Source of the DNA: an uncultured Candidatus Saccharibacteria bacterium
GTDB taxonomy: Bacteria > Patescibacteriota > Saccharimonadia > Saccharimonadales > 2-12-FULL-41-12
Direction: 5' to 3'
DNA: 64,000 nucleotides
Assembly: GCA_964648105.1 (NCBI GenBank)
Contig: CAZYMH010000004.1
Location: 70,083 to 134,082 of the forward strand
Part shown: in pieces, positions 1 to 9,344 of the stretch
How the letters are laid out: each line of letters opens with the position of its first letter
Position numbering within the stretch: position 1 is the stretch's first letter
Position numbers and translations under genes: made by a program
Notes under the pieces: model-generated
Database searches by the model: none
What the model saw: only the letters and a program-made list of their open reading frames with translations
Told to the model about the DNA's origin: nothing

Positions 1-2413
1 GAGTAATTTTACCTACCAAAATATCACCTGGGTGAACTTCGGCACCTATTCGAACAATGCCATTTTCGTCGAGATGACGTAAAGCATCTTCAGAGACATT
101 TGGGATATCACTAGTTACAAGCTCAGGACCTAATTTGGTCTCGCGGACTTCGGTCATATAGTCGACAATGTGAATTGAGGTTAGGGTATCGTCCTCGACT
201 ATTCGACGACTCAAAACCATAGCATCTTCGAAATTATAGCCTTTCCACGGCATAAAAGCGACTAGCAAATCTTTACCAAGAGCTAGCTCACCGCCCTGAA
301 TCGACATACCTTCGATCAAAACATCGCCATTTTTGACTTTGTCACCAACCTTAACGACAACTTTTTGGTTAATACAAGTACCATCATTACTTCTCTCGAA
401 GTGAGTCGGGGTATACGTTACAGTATTTTTGGCATATTTGACTACAACTTCTAAAGAAGAAGATTTAATAACTTGACCATCAGCTTCGGCATAAACCACT
501 TGACCCGAGTTTTTGGCAACTACTTCTTCTAGTCCTGTACCAACAATTGGCGAAGATGGTTTGATAAGCGGAACAGCTTGTTTTTGCTGGTTAGACCCCA
601 CCAAAGCACGGTCAACACGGTCACGCTCGATAAATGGCACAAGTCCAGCAATTGAGCCAATAATCTGGTTTTTAGCTGAGTCCATATAGGTTACATCATC
701 GGCATCAGTTTCACCAACGCTCAAATTTGTTCGTGCCGAAACACGCTCATCAACAAAATAGCCATTCTCATCAATTTCATTACCAGCACCTGCGATTACC
801 GTCGAGCCTTCATCGGCAGCATCCAAATAGACAATTTCATCTGTTACTTTAGCTTTTACAGGCCAAGTTTTGCGATTTGATACTTTGGCAAGTTTCTCAG
901 CCTCAGCTTTAGTAACGACACTTCCTGCCTTAACAATCAGTTTGCCTTTTTCGTCCTCCAGATTAACAGCGGCAATGTGGCCAACGATATCTTTTGGTGT
1001 AGCCGCATTGATGACTTTTCGGTATGGAGTCTCTAAAAAGCCATAATCATTGACACGACTATAATTTCCGAGGTTAAGTACCAAACCAATATTAGCACCT
1101 TCAGGAGTTTCAACGGCACAAATACGACCATAATGAGTCGAATGAGCGTCACGTACCTCAAAGCCTGCTCTCTCGCGGGACAAACCACCAGGTCCCATCG
1201 AGCTTAGTCGTCGTTTGTGAGCAAGTTCGCTCAACGGGTTAGTTTGGTCCATAAATTGACTCAGCTGCGAGCTGGCAAAAAACTCTCTTACAGCAGCCAC
1301 AACAGGTCGGGCGTTGATTAATTGGCCAGGCGTGACAGTTTCGATTTCGCTCATACTCATGCGGTCTTTGGTGTTGCGTTCCATACGGAGTAAACCAATC
1401 CTAAATTGACGTTGCACCAGCTCACCAACTAGTTTAATTCGACGATTAGCCAAACTATCGATATCATCAGCTGGCTCCTGAGTATTATTCATACGGATAA
1501 TTTCGCTAATAATCGCTAGTAGATCTTCCAAACGCATAACACGGTTTTCGGCAACGTTTGGCACATCAAGATTAAGTCGTTTGTTTATTTTGTAGCGACC
1601 AACTCGACTAAAATCAAATCGCTTGAAGTTAAAGAACATATTCTCAAGCAGTCCACGTGCGTTATCGACAGTTGCCAAATCACCTGGTCGCAAACGTCTA
1701 TAGACTTCAATTAGGGCTTCAGAGGTTGTTTTGCTTGGATCTTTATCTAATGTAGTGTCTAGATATTTTAATTTACCTTGGTCGACATGCTTGAAGGCAT
1801 CTTTCATGGCCGCTTCACTCATACCAAATGCTCTAAGCAAGGTTGTGACAGGGATTTTTCGTTTGCGGTCGATCTTTACGAACAAAGCTTTATTGGCGGC
1901 TGTTTCGAATTCTAGCCACGCACCTCGACCAGGGATCACCTTGGCACCATATAAATTACCAGTCGATGATAATTCAGATGTAAAGAACACACCAGCAGAG
2001 CGAATAAGTTGGCTAACTACCACTCGTTCAGCTCCGTTAATTACAAAAGTTCCGCGAGTTGTCATGTATGGGAAATCACCGAGATATATTTCGTGTTCCT
2101 TCACTTCACCAGTTACTTTGTTGGTAAGCTCTACCGTTGCTTTAAGTGGTGCTTCGTAGCTAGAGTTATTACTGCGAGCTTCGGCTTCGGTCATTTTTGG
2201 ATCTTCAAAGTGATAATCCTTGAAAACTAAGCTTAGCTTTGTGCCTGTATAGTCATCGATTGGGCTGATTTCAGCTAGCAACTCACCCAAGCCTTCTTCG
2301 ATAAACCATCGCCACGAACTGTTTTGGTGATCTACCAAGTTTGGCATCTCAATTACATTTTTTGCCTTATTAAAAAATTCGCGTTTATTAACGCTCACGT
2401 CATTTTTTGCCAT
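1..2413 (-). CDS. rpoB: DNA-directed RNA polymerase subunit beta, N-terminal ~800 aa (3' end runs off the window start)
   Basis: My own translation of the minus strand from the ATG at 2413 gives MAKNDVSVNKREFFNKAKNVIEMPNLVDHQNSSWRWFIEEGLGE... and further on ...MGPGGLSRERAGFEVRDAH..., a hallmark RpoB motif. It is missing from the ORF track because there is no stop inside the window. Track ORFs 1731-2159 and 2009-2230 are antisense shadows. Confidence 0.95.
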   Translation of the reverse strand, partial: MAKNDVSVNKREFFNKAKNVIEMPNLVDHQNSSWRWFIEEGLGELLAEISPIDDYTGTKLSLVFKDYHFEDPKMTEAEARSNNSSYEAPLKATVELTNKVTGEVKEHEIYLGDFPYMTTRGTFVINGAERVVVSQLIRSAGVFFTSELSSTGNLYGAKVIPGRGAWLEFETAANKALFVKIDRKRKIPVTTLLRAFGMSEAAMKDAFKHVDQGKLKYLDTTLDKDPSKTTSEALIEVYRRLRPGDLATVDNARGLLENMFFNFKRFDFSRVGRYKINKRLNLDVPNVAENRVMRLEDLLAIISEIIRMNNTQEPADDIDSLANRRIKLVGELVQRQFRIGLLRMERNTKDRMSMSEIETVTPGQLINARPVVAAVREFFASSQLSQFMDQTNPLSELAHKRRLSSMGPGGLSRERAGFEVRDAHSTHYGRICAVETPEGANIGLVLNLGNYSRVNDYGFLETPYRKVINAATPKDIVGHIAAVNLEDEKGKLIVKAGSVVTKAEAEKLAKVSNRKTWPVKAKVTDEIVYLDAADEGSTVIAGAGNEIDENGYFVDERVSARTNLSVGETDADDVTYMDSAKNQIIGSIAGLVPFIERDRVDRALVGSNQQKQAVPLIKPSSPIVGTGLEEVVAKNSGQVVYAEADGQVIKSSSLEVVVKYAKNTVTYTPTHFERSNDGTCINQKVVVKVGDKVKNGDVLIEGMSIQGGELALGKDLLVAFMPWKGYNFEDAMVLSRRIVEDDTLTSIHIVDYMTEVRETKLGPELVTSDIPNVSEDALRHLDENGIVRIGAEVHPGDILVGKIT

Positions 2414-2678
2414 AAAATAATGGTCCCTTGTTTAAGTTTAGTAAAACAAGACCTTAACAGAATGCCCTAAAATACTCTGTTAAAATCTTTTTTAATTTAT
2501 TTAATTTGATTAAAGTGTTTCTTGTTGTTTTGGTCGACCGAAGAACACTGAGACTTTAATATTGCAAAATTCACTACATTTTTTTGCTAACATTAAAAAC
2601 TACTTCTACTTCCATAAAAGTATAACTCATTTACATTCAACCAGTCAAGATTATTAATAACAATTTTTTAACTAAGAT

Positions 2679-3101
2679 TCATTTTTTCAATAAATCAGAA
2701 ATTTTCTTAGTTAATGTCTTGGCCAAATTAATCCGTGAAATAGTTGAATTTTGCTTACCAATCATACTATTATCGATTAATTTAAGTAGGTCAGTTTGTT
2801 CATCGTGGTAATTTCTTATAACGATTCCAAATGTCTTTAACTGATTAGCATTCAGAACCACCACCTTACGATCATGTGTTAGGGTAATTGTATTTTTGAT
2901 TGCTTGATCTAAGTCAATGGCCTCATTTAATTCTTGTTCATCATGATGATGAGAGTCTAGATCAAGATATGATGAAACGGCTAATTTGGCTACGCTTAGT
3001 TCGGAGTAAGAGTTGCGACTGCGAACGCTTCTGGGGTCATCTAAAGTTAAATGATACTCACCCTCATATTCAGGTCTGATGATTTGAGTGGCTAATTCCA
3101 T
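2679..3101 (-). CDS. hypothetical acidic protein (140 aa)
   Basis: Track ORF with an acidic/His-rich stretch (DSHHHDEQE) and no motif I recognise. It occupies the position directly upstream of rpoB. Confidence 0.6.
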   Translation of the reverse strand: MELATQIIRPEYEGEYHLTLDDPRSVRSRNSYSELSVAKLAVSSYLDLDSHHHDEQELNEAIDLDQAIKNTITLTHDRKVVVLNANQLKTFGIVIRNYHDEQTDLLKLIDNSMIGKQNSTISRINLAKTLTKKISDLLKK

Positions 3102-3158
3102 ACTTATACCCCCTTATAACACTAAATATAGCGTAATAAAGATTTAAGTCAACACTAT

Positions 3159-3710
3159 TTATTTAAATGGATCTAAACCGTATGGGTTGAAAGCGTATTT
3201 GACGATATTAGCGGCAGCAGTAGATATATTTTTGGCTTTTTGATAATCAACAGGATTACAGTTTACTGTATTAAAATTAAAGTAGCTTTTAGGTGTACTC
3301 AGCGAGACTTTTAGGTTTTTGCCTGAAGCTCGAGAGATTACATAAAAATTATAATTACTAGGGTTTTTAGGGTTTTTGACATGCTTTAGTGTCGCCGAAA
3401 AAACATTAGAAGTGTCAGGCTTTTCGACACCAGCTAGACGGCCCTTGACCCCAACTAAACCTGTGGTCTGAACAAATCCACCATAATTAGACGTGGCTTG
3501 ATATAAATAGTTGCCGTTATCAAAACGATCGATTTCATTGCCATATCTTACCGATTGAGTGGCAATTGTTTTCGCATCGGAAGCAATCGCTGATATTTGA
3601 TTTGGACTACATTGAGCGCCTTCAGCAGTTGCCACACTGCCCAAGCCAGTGGCTAAGCCAATACTCACAGCTAAAGGTAATTTGATCTGTTCTAATTTCT
3701 CATTAATCAT
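3159..3710 (-). CDS. hypothetical secreted protein (183 aa)
   Basis: Track ORF. The N-terminal hydrophobic segment LPLAVSIGLATGLGSVATAEGA looks like a signal peptide. No recognised domain. Confidence 0.6.
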   Translation of the reverse strand: MINEKLEQIKLPLAVSIGLATGLGSVATAEGAQCSPNQISAIASDAKTIATQSVRYGNEIDRFDNGNYLYQATSNYGGFVQTTGLVGVKGRLAGVEKPDTSNVFSATLKHVKNPKNPSNYNFYVISRASGKNLKVSLSTPKSYFNFNTVNCNPVDYQKAKNISTAAANIVKYAFNPYGLDPFK

Positions 3711-3753
3711 AACTTATATTATATCACATTAGTCAATAATATGTCAATACATT

Positions 3754-4350
3754 TTATGTCGTTTTGATCAGTTGGTCAGCGATGCCATATTTTACTGCCT
3801 CGTCAGCAGTTAACCACTTATCGCGTTCCATATCTTCATGAATTTTGGCTCGTTTTTGACCAGTATTTTTAGCCATAATGTCTTCTAGTAAGCCTTTGAC
3901 CCTAAGAGATTCACGTAGGTCAATTTCTTGATCAGTTACTTTACCTCTTGTACCACTCGATGGTTGGTGGATCATAACAGTTGCATGCTCAAGTAAGCTA
4001 CGTTTACCCTTGGTACCACTGCTCAGTAAAAATGCCGCCGCCGATGCTTGTACGCCAATTCCAAAGGTAGCCACATCTGGTGCCACAAATTGCATAGTGT
4101 CATAAATCGCTAACGCATCATAAACACTGCCACCTGGGCTATTAATGTACAGCGAAATATCTTTTTTGGAATCTTCGTTAGCTAAGAATAAAAGTTGGGC
4201 AACTATCAAGTTAGCGGAATGTTCATTAACATCGGTGCCTAAGAAAATAATTCGGTCTTTAAGTAAACGAGAATAGATGTCATATGCTCGTTCGACACGG
4301 CCGTCTTGCTCAATCACTGTTGGGATTAAAATGTTACTAGGTTTGTTCAT
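3754..4350 (-). CDS. clpP: ATP-dependent Clp protease proteolytic subunit
   Basis: 198 aa with ClpP-like sequence throughout ([13 protein letters not shown]). The Ser/His/Asp contexts are [16 protein letters not shown] and ERDKW. Confidence 0.95.
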   Translation of the reverse strand: MNKPSNILIPTVIEQDGRVERAYDIYSRLLKDRIIFLGTDVNEHSANLIVAQLLFLANEDSKKDISLYINSPGGSVYDALAIYDTMQFVAPDVATFGIGVQASAAAFLLSSGTKGKRSLLEHATVMIHQPSSGTRGKVTDQEIDLRESLRVKGLLEDIMAKNTGQKRAKIHEDMERDKWLTADEAVKYGIADQLIKTT

Positions 4351-4356
4351 ATCACT

Positions 4357-4398
4357 AGTATATGCAATAAATTAGCACTCGTCAATCCCGAGTGCTAA
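4357..4398 (-). promoter_or_regulatory. CIRCE (HrcA operator) overlapping a candidate clpP promoter
   Basis: TTAGCACTC-GTCAATCCC-GAGTGCTAA at 4372-4398 is a perfect match to the CIRCE consensus TTAGCACTC-N9-GAGTGCTAA. On the minus strand, TTGACG (4385-4380), a 17-nt spacer and TATACT (4362-4357) overlap it. The -10 ends 6 nt before the clpP ATG. Confidence 0.8.
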
Positions 4399-4399
4399 T

Positions 4400-5002
4400 T
4401 TATATGTTCACACAATCAAGAATCTGTTGGCCACACTGTTTAATAATCAAATTGGTATGAGATGTGGCTCTTTGAGCTAAATCTTTAGCTACTTCGGTTT
4501 GCAAAATCAACGGGCTACCTAAATCTTCCCATACAATAGTACTCGAATCAGTTATTTTATAATTAGACCCAAATAATACTCCGCAACCTCTCAAGTTAAA
4601 GGAGTCACTATCTTTAGACTTATTTAAGTAAGTAACCCATAAATCAAGAAACTGGTTAGTTTTTGAAAGTCGATAATCACATCGTTTTTCGGCATAATTT
4701 ACAGACACTAAGCCAAAATTACTCGTAAAAGATGATGTTTTATTATGGCTATATTTATCGGCTATCACAAAAAAATCAGGTAATACTTCGTTAGGATTTT
4801 GATACATTGCGGCTTCAAAAGTTTTTTGCAAAAAGCCTGTTGGTAAGGCTAAACTTTTTTGATGTTCGGTAGCTTCTTCATGTGGCAGAGCAATCGTCAT
4901 TGAACCACGGTTAGTTTCTATACCGTCAGGAACCATCTCTAAACCCATATTGGCATTTAGTGATAAAACTGGTGAATTAGATCTAGTTTTTATAAGTGGC
5001 AT
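4400..5002 (-). CDS. hypothetical protein (200 aa) between tig and clpP
   Basis: Track ORF, tightly packed (3 nt after the tig stop). No recognisable motif. Confidence 0.6.
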   Translation of the reverse strand: MPLIKTRSNSPVLSLNANMGLEMVPDGIETNRGSMTIALPHEEATEHQKSLALPTGFLQKTFEAAMYQNPNEVLPDFFVIADKYSHNKTSSFTSNFGLVSVNYAEKRCDYRLSKTNQFLDLWVTYLNKSKDSDSFNLRGCGVLFGSNYKITDSSTIVWEDLGSPLILQTEVAKDLAQRATSHTNLIIKQCGQQILDCVNI

Positions 5003-5005
5003 GTT

Positions 5006-6283
5006 TTAACTTATCCCCTTTAATATATAATCTAGCACTTTTTGAGTTAGAATTCGGCTAGCAATATCTTGACGGGCTGATGGTTTATCGAGTTCAGTTT
5101 GCATAGCAGGGTCTTTATATTGAGCTTTTAGTGCCTGAATTTGCATGTCTAGCTCGTTTTCGGCAACAGTTAAATTTTGATAAGTGGCGATTTCACTCAA
5201 GATAATTGAGGCTTTGATTTGATTTTCAGCTCTTGGGTTAATAACTTGTTTGATATATTCTTGATCAGTTATGTTCTCGCTTGCCAAAAATTCATCATAA
5301 GTTTGGCCCCGATAAGCCAAATTACGTTTAAATTCATCGAGTTCCATCAATGCTTGCTTATCGATTAGCGACTGCGGAACATCAAGTTTACTACCAGCTA
5401 TCAGTTGGTCAATTATTTCGCTTTGTTTCAAGCGAATGTTTTCATTGTCCGCCTCATATTGAAGTTGCTTTTTGACATCTTCTTTTAAGGCAGCGAGATC
5501 ATTCATGCCCATTTTTTTGGCGAACTCATCATCAATTTTGGGTTTAGTTAACTCATGGATTTTTGTAACTTTTACTTCGAATTTAGCTTTTTTGCCTGCT
5601 AGAGCTTTGGTTTGGTAGTTTTTAGGGAAAGTGATGTCAAAACTTTTGGTTTCGTTTGGTTTCATGCCAACTAAATTATCTTCAAACCCTGGAATAAAAC
5701 TATTTGAGCCTAGTAATAAAGGACAATCTTTGCCGTCAGCTCCACTGATTGGCTGGCCTTTTGTATCTGTACCCTTGAAATCAATAATCACTTCATCGCT
5801 ATTTTTAGCTGGTCGAGTGACTTCCTTGCGTTCACTCATGCGAGTAGCTAGATCGTCAATTACTTTCTTGACATCTTCGGCAGATGGTTTTTTATCGATA
5901 GATTTCAGTTTGAAATTTTCGTAATCTGCTAGTTTGGTAACATTGACTACCTCTGTTGTAACATCGAATTCAAGGATTGTATATGGTACGAATTTTTTGA
6001 TGACTACTTTTGGCTCAGTAATTGGTCGGAGTTTTTCGTTTGCAACAGCCAAAGAATATAACCTTGTCAGAGCTTCGTCTAAAAATTCGGTTTGCAACAC
6101 TTGTGAATCAAGATTTTTCTCAACTAATTGAATAGGTGCTTTGCCTGCTCGAAAACCTGCAATTTTGAGGTTTTTGCTAAGTTTTTTTAGGATATTTTGT
6201 TTTATTGGTTCAAGGTCTTCTTTAGAAGCTGTAATATTAACAACTATCTCAGTAGTCCCATTATGAGTGGTATTTACATGCAT
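5006..6283 (-). CDS. tig: trigger factor (ribosome-associated chaperone/PPIase)
   Basis: 425 aa. The N-terminal ribosome-binding region has GFRAGKAP. A central FKBP-like region (DFKGT...GFEDNLVGMK) and a C-terminal helical domain follow. Confidence 0.9.
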   Translation of the reverse strand: MHVNTTHNGTTEIVVNITASKEDLEPIKQNILKKLSKNLKIAGFRAGKAPIQLVEKNLDSQVLQTEFLDEALTRLYSLAVANEKLRPITEPKVVIKKFVPYTILEFDVTTEVVNVTKLADYENFKLKSIDKKPSAEDVKKVIDDLATRMSERKEVTRPAKNSDEVIIDFKGTDTKGQPISGADGKDCPLLLGSNSFIPGFEDNLVGMKPNETKSFDITFPKNYQTKALAGKKAKFEVKVTKIHELTKPKIDDEFAKKMGMNDLAALKEDVKKQLQYEADNENIRLKQSEIIDQLIAGSKLDVPQSLIDKQALMELDEFKRNLAYRGQTYDEFLASENITDQEYIKQVINPRAENQIKASIILSEIATYQNLTVAENELDMQIQALKAQYKDPAMQTELDKPSARQDIASRILTQKVLDYILKGIS

Positions 6284-6328
6284 TTATATATATTAACAGA
6301 TTAGTTCAAGCTTGCCAAAAATATTTAG

Positions 6329-7633
6329 TTATTTGCGAAAATCTTTTATGACAGAGACAAGTCGTTCAGCAGAATGTTTTTCTTCTTGACCAGTTTTTAG
6401 GTCCTTAATAGCGTATTGCTCATCGTTTAGTTCGTTCTCGCCGACGAAAATTACGTATCTAACCCCTAATTTATCGGCTGACTTTAATTTGTTGCCAATT
6501 TTTCGGTCTGTGGCATCGACGGCTAAGTTAAGCCCCATTTCTCGAAAAGATGAGATTAATTTTTGGGCAGGTTCGTAGACATTGCCAATCAAGACAATTA
6601 AGGCGTCGGTAGATGGACTTAAAGTCGGTAGAAGTTTATGGGACTCTAAGAAGTTAGCTAGCGTCACGTCGCCCATTCCAAAACCAATAGTTTGGACTGG
6701 CTCGACACCAAATAATCCGACTAAACCATCGTAACGTCCACCACCAAACATACTACGGTTGTTATCTGGGAAACTATCTTCAACCTCGAATACAAGACCA
6801 CTATAATAATCGAAGCCTCGCATAATCGTGATGTCAAATTCAGCGTTTTCGATACCTGATTTAGATAATAATTCAAGCAAATATTGCAAATTTTTGACAG
6901 AAGTATGGGTTTTTAGCTCATTAGGCAGATCATTCAAAGATTTAATATCTAAAATTTGCAAAATTTTATTCGGTAAATTAGCTTCACGCTGAGACTGAGA
7001 ACACAATAAATCGACTTCTGCTTGAAACTCTGATTTTTGTATTTTATGCATACGATCGATTAGTTTAAATAATGCATGAGCTTTGACGTCACTTAACTGA
7101 AAGTAATCTTGAAACAAAAAGTCCATAAAAACTCGATCATTAAGCTTGATTTTATACATATTTGGCTTAGCACCGAACTCCTTCAAAATAGCGTCGGCAA
7201 CTAATATTATTTCATGATCGGCTGCTAGGTCAGCTTGGCCGAATAAATCGACATTAATTTGCCAATGTTCACGTAGGCGTCCGCGTTGAGGCCGCTCATA
7301 ACGCCATAAATTCGGGATCGAAAACCACCGCAGTGGATAAGCTAACTCTTGCCTGCGAGCAGCAACCATGCGTGACACCGATGGGGTCATTTCTGGCCTG
7401 ATAGCAACTTGACGGCCGCCTCTGTCGGTAAAGGTATATGTTTGCTCACTGACTATCTCTTGGCCAGATTTTGCAGAGTATAAATCGAGCGATTCTAAAA
7501 TCGGAGCATCATATTCTTCATAACCAAACTTTTTGACTGCTCGCCGCATGACGCCAAACATATAATCTTGCAAGCGTTTATCTTCTGGATAAAAGTCTCT
7601 AGCTCCTTTATATGGTTGTATATTTAATGTCAT
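6329..7633 (-). CDS. hisS: histidine--tRNA ligase
   Basis: Class II HisRS motifs are present (GARDFYPED, RYERPQRGRLREHWQ, GGGRYDGL). I prefer the ATG at 7633 (MTLNIQPYKG) because GAGGT lies 7 nt upstream. The track ORF starts at 7666. Confidence 0.93.
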   Translation of the reverse strand: MTLNIQPYKGARDFYPEDKRLQDYMFGVMRRAVKKFGYEEYDAPILESLDLYSAKSGQEIVSEQTYTFTDRGGRQVAIRPEMTPSVSRMVAARRQELAYPLRWFSIPNLWRYERPQRGRLREHWQINVDLFGQADLAADHEIILVADAILKEFGAKPNMYKIKLNDRVFMDFLFQDYFQLSDVKAHALFKLIDRMHKIQKSEFQAEVDLLCSQSQREANLPNKILQILDIKSLNDLPNELKTHTSVKNLQYLLELLSKSGIENAEFDITIMRGFDYYSGLVFEVEDSFPDNNRSMFGGGRYDGLVGLFGVEPVQTIGFGMGDVTLANFLESHKLLPTLSPSTDALIVLIGNVYEPAQKLISSFREMGLNLAVDATDRKIGNKLKSADKLGVRYVIFVGENELNDEQYAIKDLKTGQEEKHSAERLVSVIKDFRK

Positions 7634-7741
7634 TTGTTTTACCTCTTTATAAGCGGTATTATACATTAATTTTTGTTTGTCGTTCTAAATTTTGAGAAGA
7701 TAAATAATTGATTAAATGTGGCTTCAATAGTCAATCGAAAT

Positions 7742-9229
7742 TTAAGCTTTGCTTTTAATAGCAGATTTTTTGCCTTTACGAACAGAGTAACTACTCAAGA
7801 AATCATAGACAGAACTACATTCGGCAAGAGTATTATTGCCGCTGTTAGGAACTTCGATTTTTGATTTAAACCTTAGAACTTCGTTGATAGCTTTATTTTC
7901 TTCTTTAAGTCTCATTATCCTGTACTGAAGAGCCTGTGCAGTTTCGCTGTCAATTAGCCCTAATTCAATACCTCGCTGTAAAGTATCTTGGTAAGTCGCA
8001 CCACTCAACACATTTTTATAGGCAATAAAGTATTTAGTAGATTCTTCATCGCTGCCGATCCATGGCGTTAAATCTATTAATTTGTTAACAATTTCAGATG
8101 GAACTACTGATTCACTTAAGTCGTTTTTTACTACGTGAGTTAATTTACTTGAGATAGATTGACGTAGTCTTCGGCCATCTTGAGTACTATTAGGATTTTC
8201 AACTAATTCTTCTAAGATATCGTCTGATTCTATCGAAGCCGTAGGGTCATCTTTAACTTGGTGACTTTTTCCGATTATTTCAGCTACTTTTTGGCTAAAT
8301 TTGGCATGCTGAGCTTCGACTACTGATTCTACTTGACTTAACTGACTGATTTTGGCAGCGATTTTTTCAATTTCATCTAGTTCTGAGCCAAGTTCTTTGC
8401 TTAATCTTTCATACTCTACCCGTACATCTTCATCAGCCAATAACTCGTCAATTCTACAGTCAATTTCTTTGTCTTCGTTAGTAAGATACAAGATAGTTTC
8501 TGATATTCCAGCTATGGCTTGATCTTCTTGCTCGACATACTGAGTGTGTTTTGCGTCTAAGCCTGAGGCAACTTTTTGATCGATTGCGGCAATCATTTGC
8601 TCTAATTTATTAGCTGGAGATGAGCTTTTTCTATCTGCACTTAATAGTTTTAGTACTAATAAAGTTTCCTTAGCTTCTAATACTTCTTCGATATCGACAT
8701 CATCGCCCAAAAATCCGATGTTGTTGAGCATTTTATATTCGTGGGCAAAAATTTCTTTGTTGAGAGATTCGATTTTTTCATCACTAACCCCTTGATCACT
8801 TTCTTTAAGCGGATTAAATCGGTTAACAATATTTGTAACTGCTTGACTGGTTGCATTTAATTTTTTAGTCTTTCGTGCTTCTTCATCAGTTAACTCTTTC
8901 TTTTCTGCTTCTATTTCTTGTTTTCTGACTTTTAATTTGACCATTTGCGGTCGAATATTCTTAGCTCGTTCTTTGGCCCCATAAATTCGATCGATATCTT
9001 GCTTACATAACTTATTTAAGTCAGCTAAAGAAATTTCGTCGTCTATATTAGCTTCTTTTTCTGAGCCAGTTTCATCTTTATTCTGCGGTTCATTAGCTGA
9101 TACTGTTGCTTCTAGTTCAGCTTCAGCTGGACTTGCAAAAACTTGTTGCAATGCAGTTTGCCATGGGTTTAATGGGGCTAGATTTTTAGGTTGATTTTCG
9201 GAATTTTTATTGGCTTCTGGTGTTGTCAT
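7742..9229 (-). CDS. hypothetical acidic coiled-coil protein (495 aa)
   Basis: Long track ORF, rich in Glu/Lys/Asp with heptad-like stretches. No catalytic motif recognised. Confidence 0.6.
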   Translation of the reverse strand: MTTPEANKNSENQPKNLAPLNPWQTALQQVFASPAEAELEATVSANEPQNKDETGSEKEANIDDEISLADLNKLCKQDIDRIYGAKERAKNIRPQMVKLKVRKQEIEAEKKELTDEEARKTKKLNATSQAVTNIVNRFNPLKESDQGVSDEKIESLNKEIFAHEYKMLNNIGFLGDDVDIEEVLEAKETLLVLKLLSADRKSSSPANKLEQMIAAIDQKVASGLDAKHTQYVEQEDQAIAGISETILYLTNEDKEIDCRIDELLADEDVRVEYERLSKELGSELDEIEKIAAKISQLSQVESVVEAQHAKFSQKVAEIIGKSHQVKDDPTASIESDDILEELVENPNSTQDGRRLRQSISSKLTHVVKNDLSESVVPSEIVNKLIDLTPWIGSDEESTKYFIAYKNVLSGATYQDTLQRGIELGLIDSETAQALQYRIMRLKEENKAINEVLRFKSKIEVPNSGNNTLAECSSVYDFLSSYSVRKGKKSAIKSKA

Positions 9230-9310
9230 ATTTTACTCCTTAAAACATGAATTTAGTAGTAAATTAATATTTTTATTTATTATACAATCTTTATACACTA
9301 TATATTATTT

Positions 9311-9338
9311 TTGTGCAATATTATTTTTTTGTTATAAT
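9311..9338 (+). promoter_or_regulatory. candidate promoter of the L,D-transpeptidase gene (possibly a leaderless mRNA)
   Basis: TTGTGC (9311-9316), a 16-nt spacer and TATAAT (9333-9338). The -10 ends 6 nt before the ATG at 9345 and there is no Shine-Dalgarno sequence. Confidence 0.35.
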
Positions 9339-9344
9339 AATGCT

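Noticed and set aside
1731-2230. Track ORFs lying antisense to, or embedded in, long conserved genes. Examples: 1731-2159 and 2009-2230 (in rpoB); 5631-6131 (tig); 13381-13873 (rsmD); 18192-20324 (several, in the PBP gene); 24190-25377 (clpC); 39533-41403 (dnaE); 49144-49632 and 50823-51095 (uvrB); 58099-59043 (transketolase); 60261-60650 (rpiB).
   Set aside because: Each overlaps a full-length gene with clear family motifs on the other strand or in another frame. Their translations are low-complexity or hydrophobic with no motifs. These are typical shadow ORFs in AT-rich DNA.
9210-9344. N-terminal extensions of track ORFs: ldt 9210-9344, tyrS 17143-17184, nusA 17189-27245 region (27189-27245), hisS 7634-7666, CYTH 56105-56143, fba 57580-57591.
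   Set aside because: Internal ATGs are preceded by Shine-Dalgarno sequences or promoters and match the usual family N-termini. The extensions run through promoters or a terminator hairpin and encode implausible peptides.
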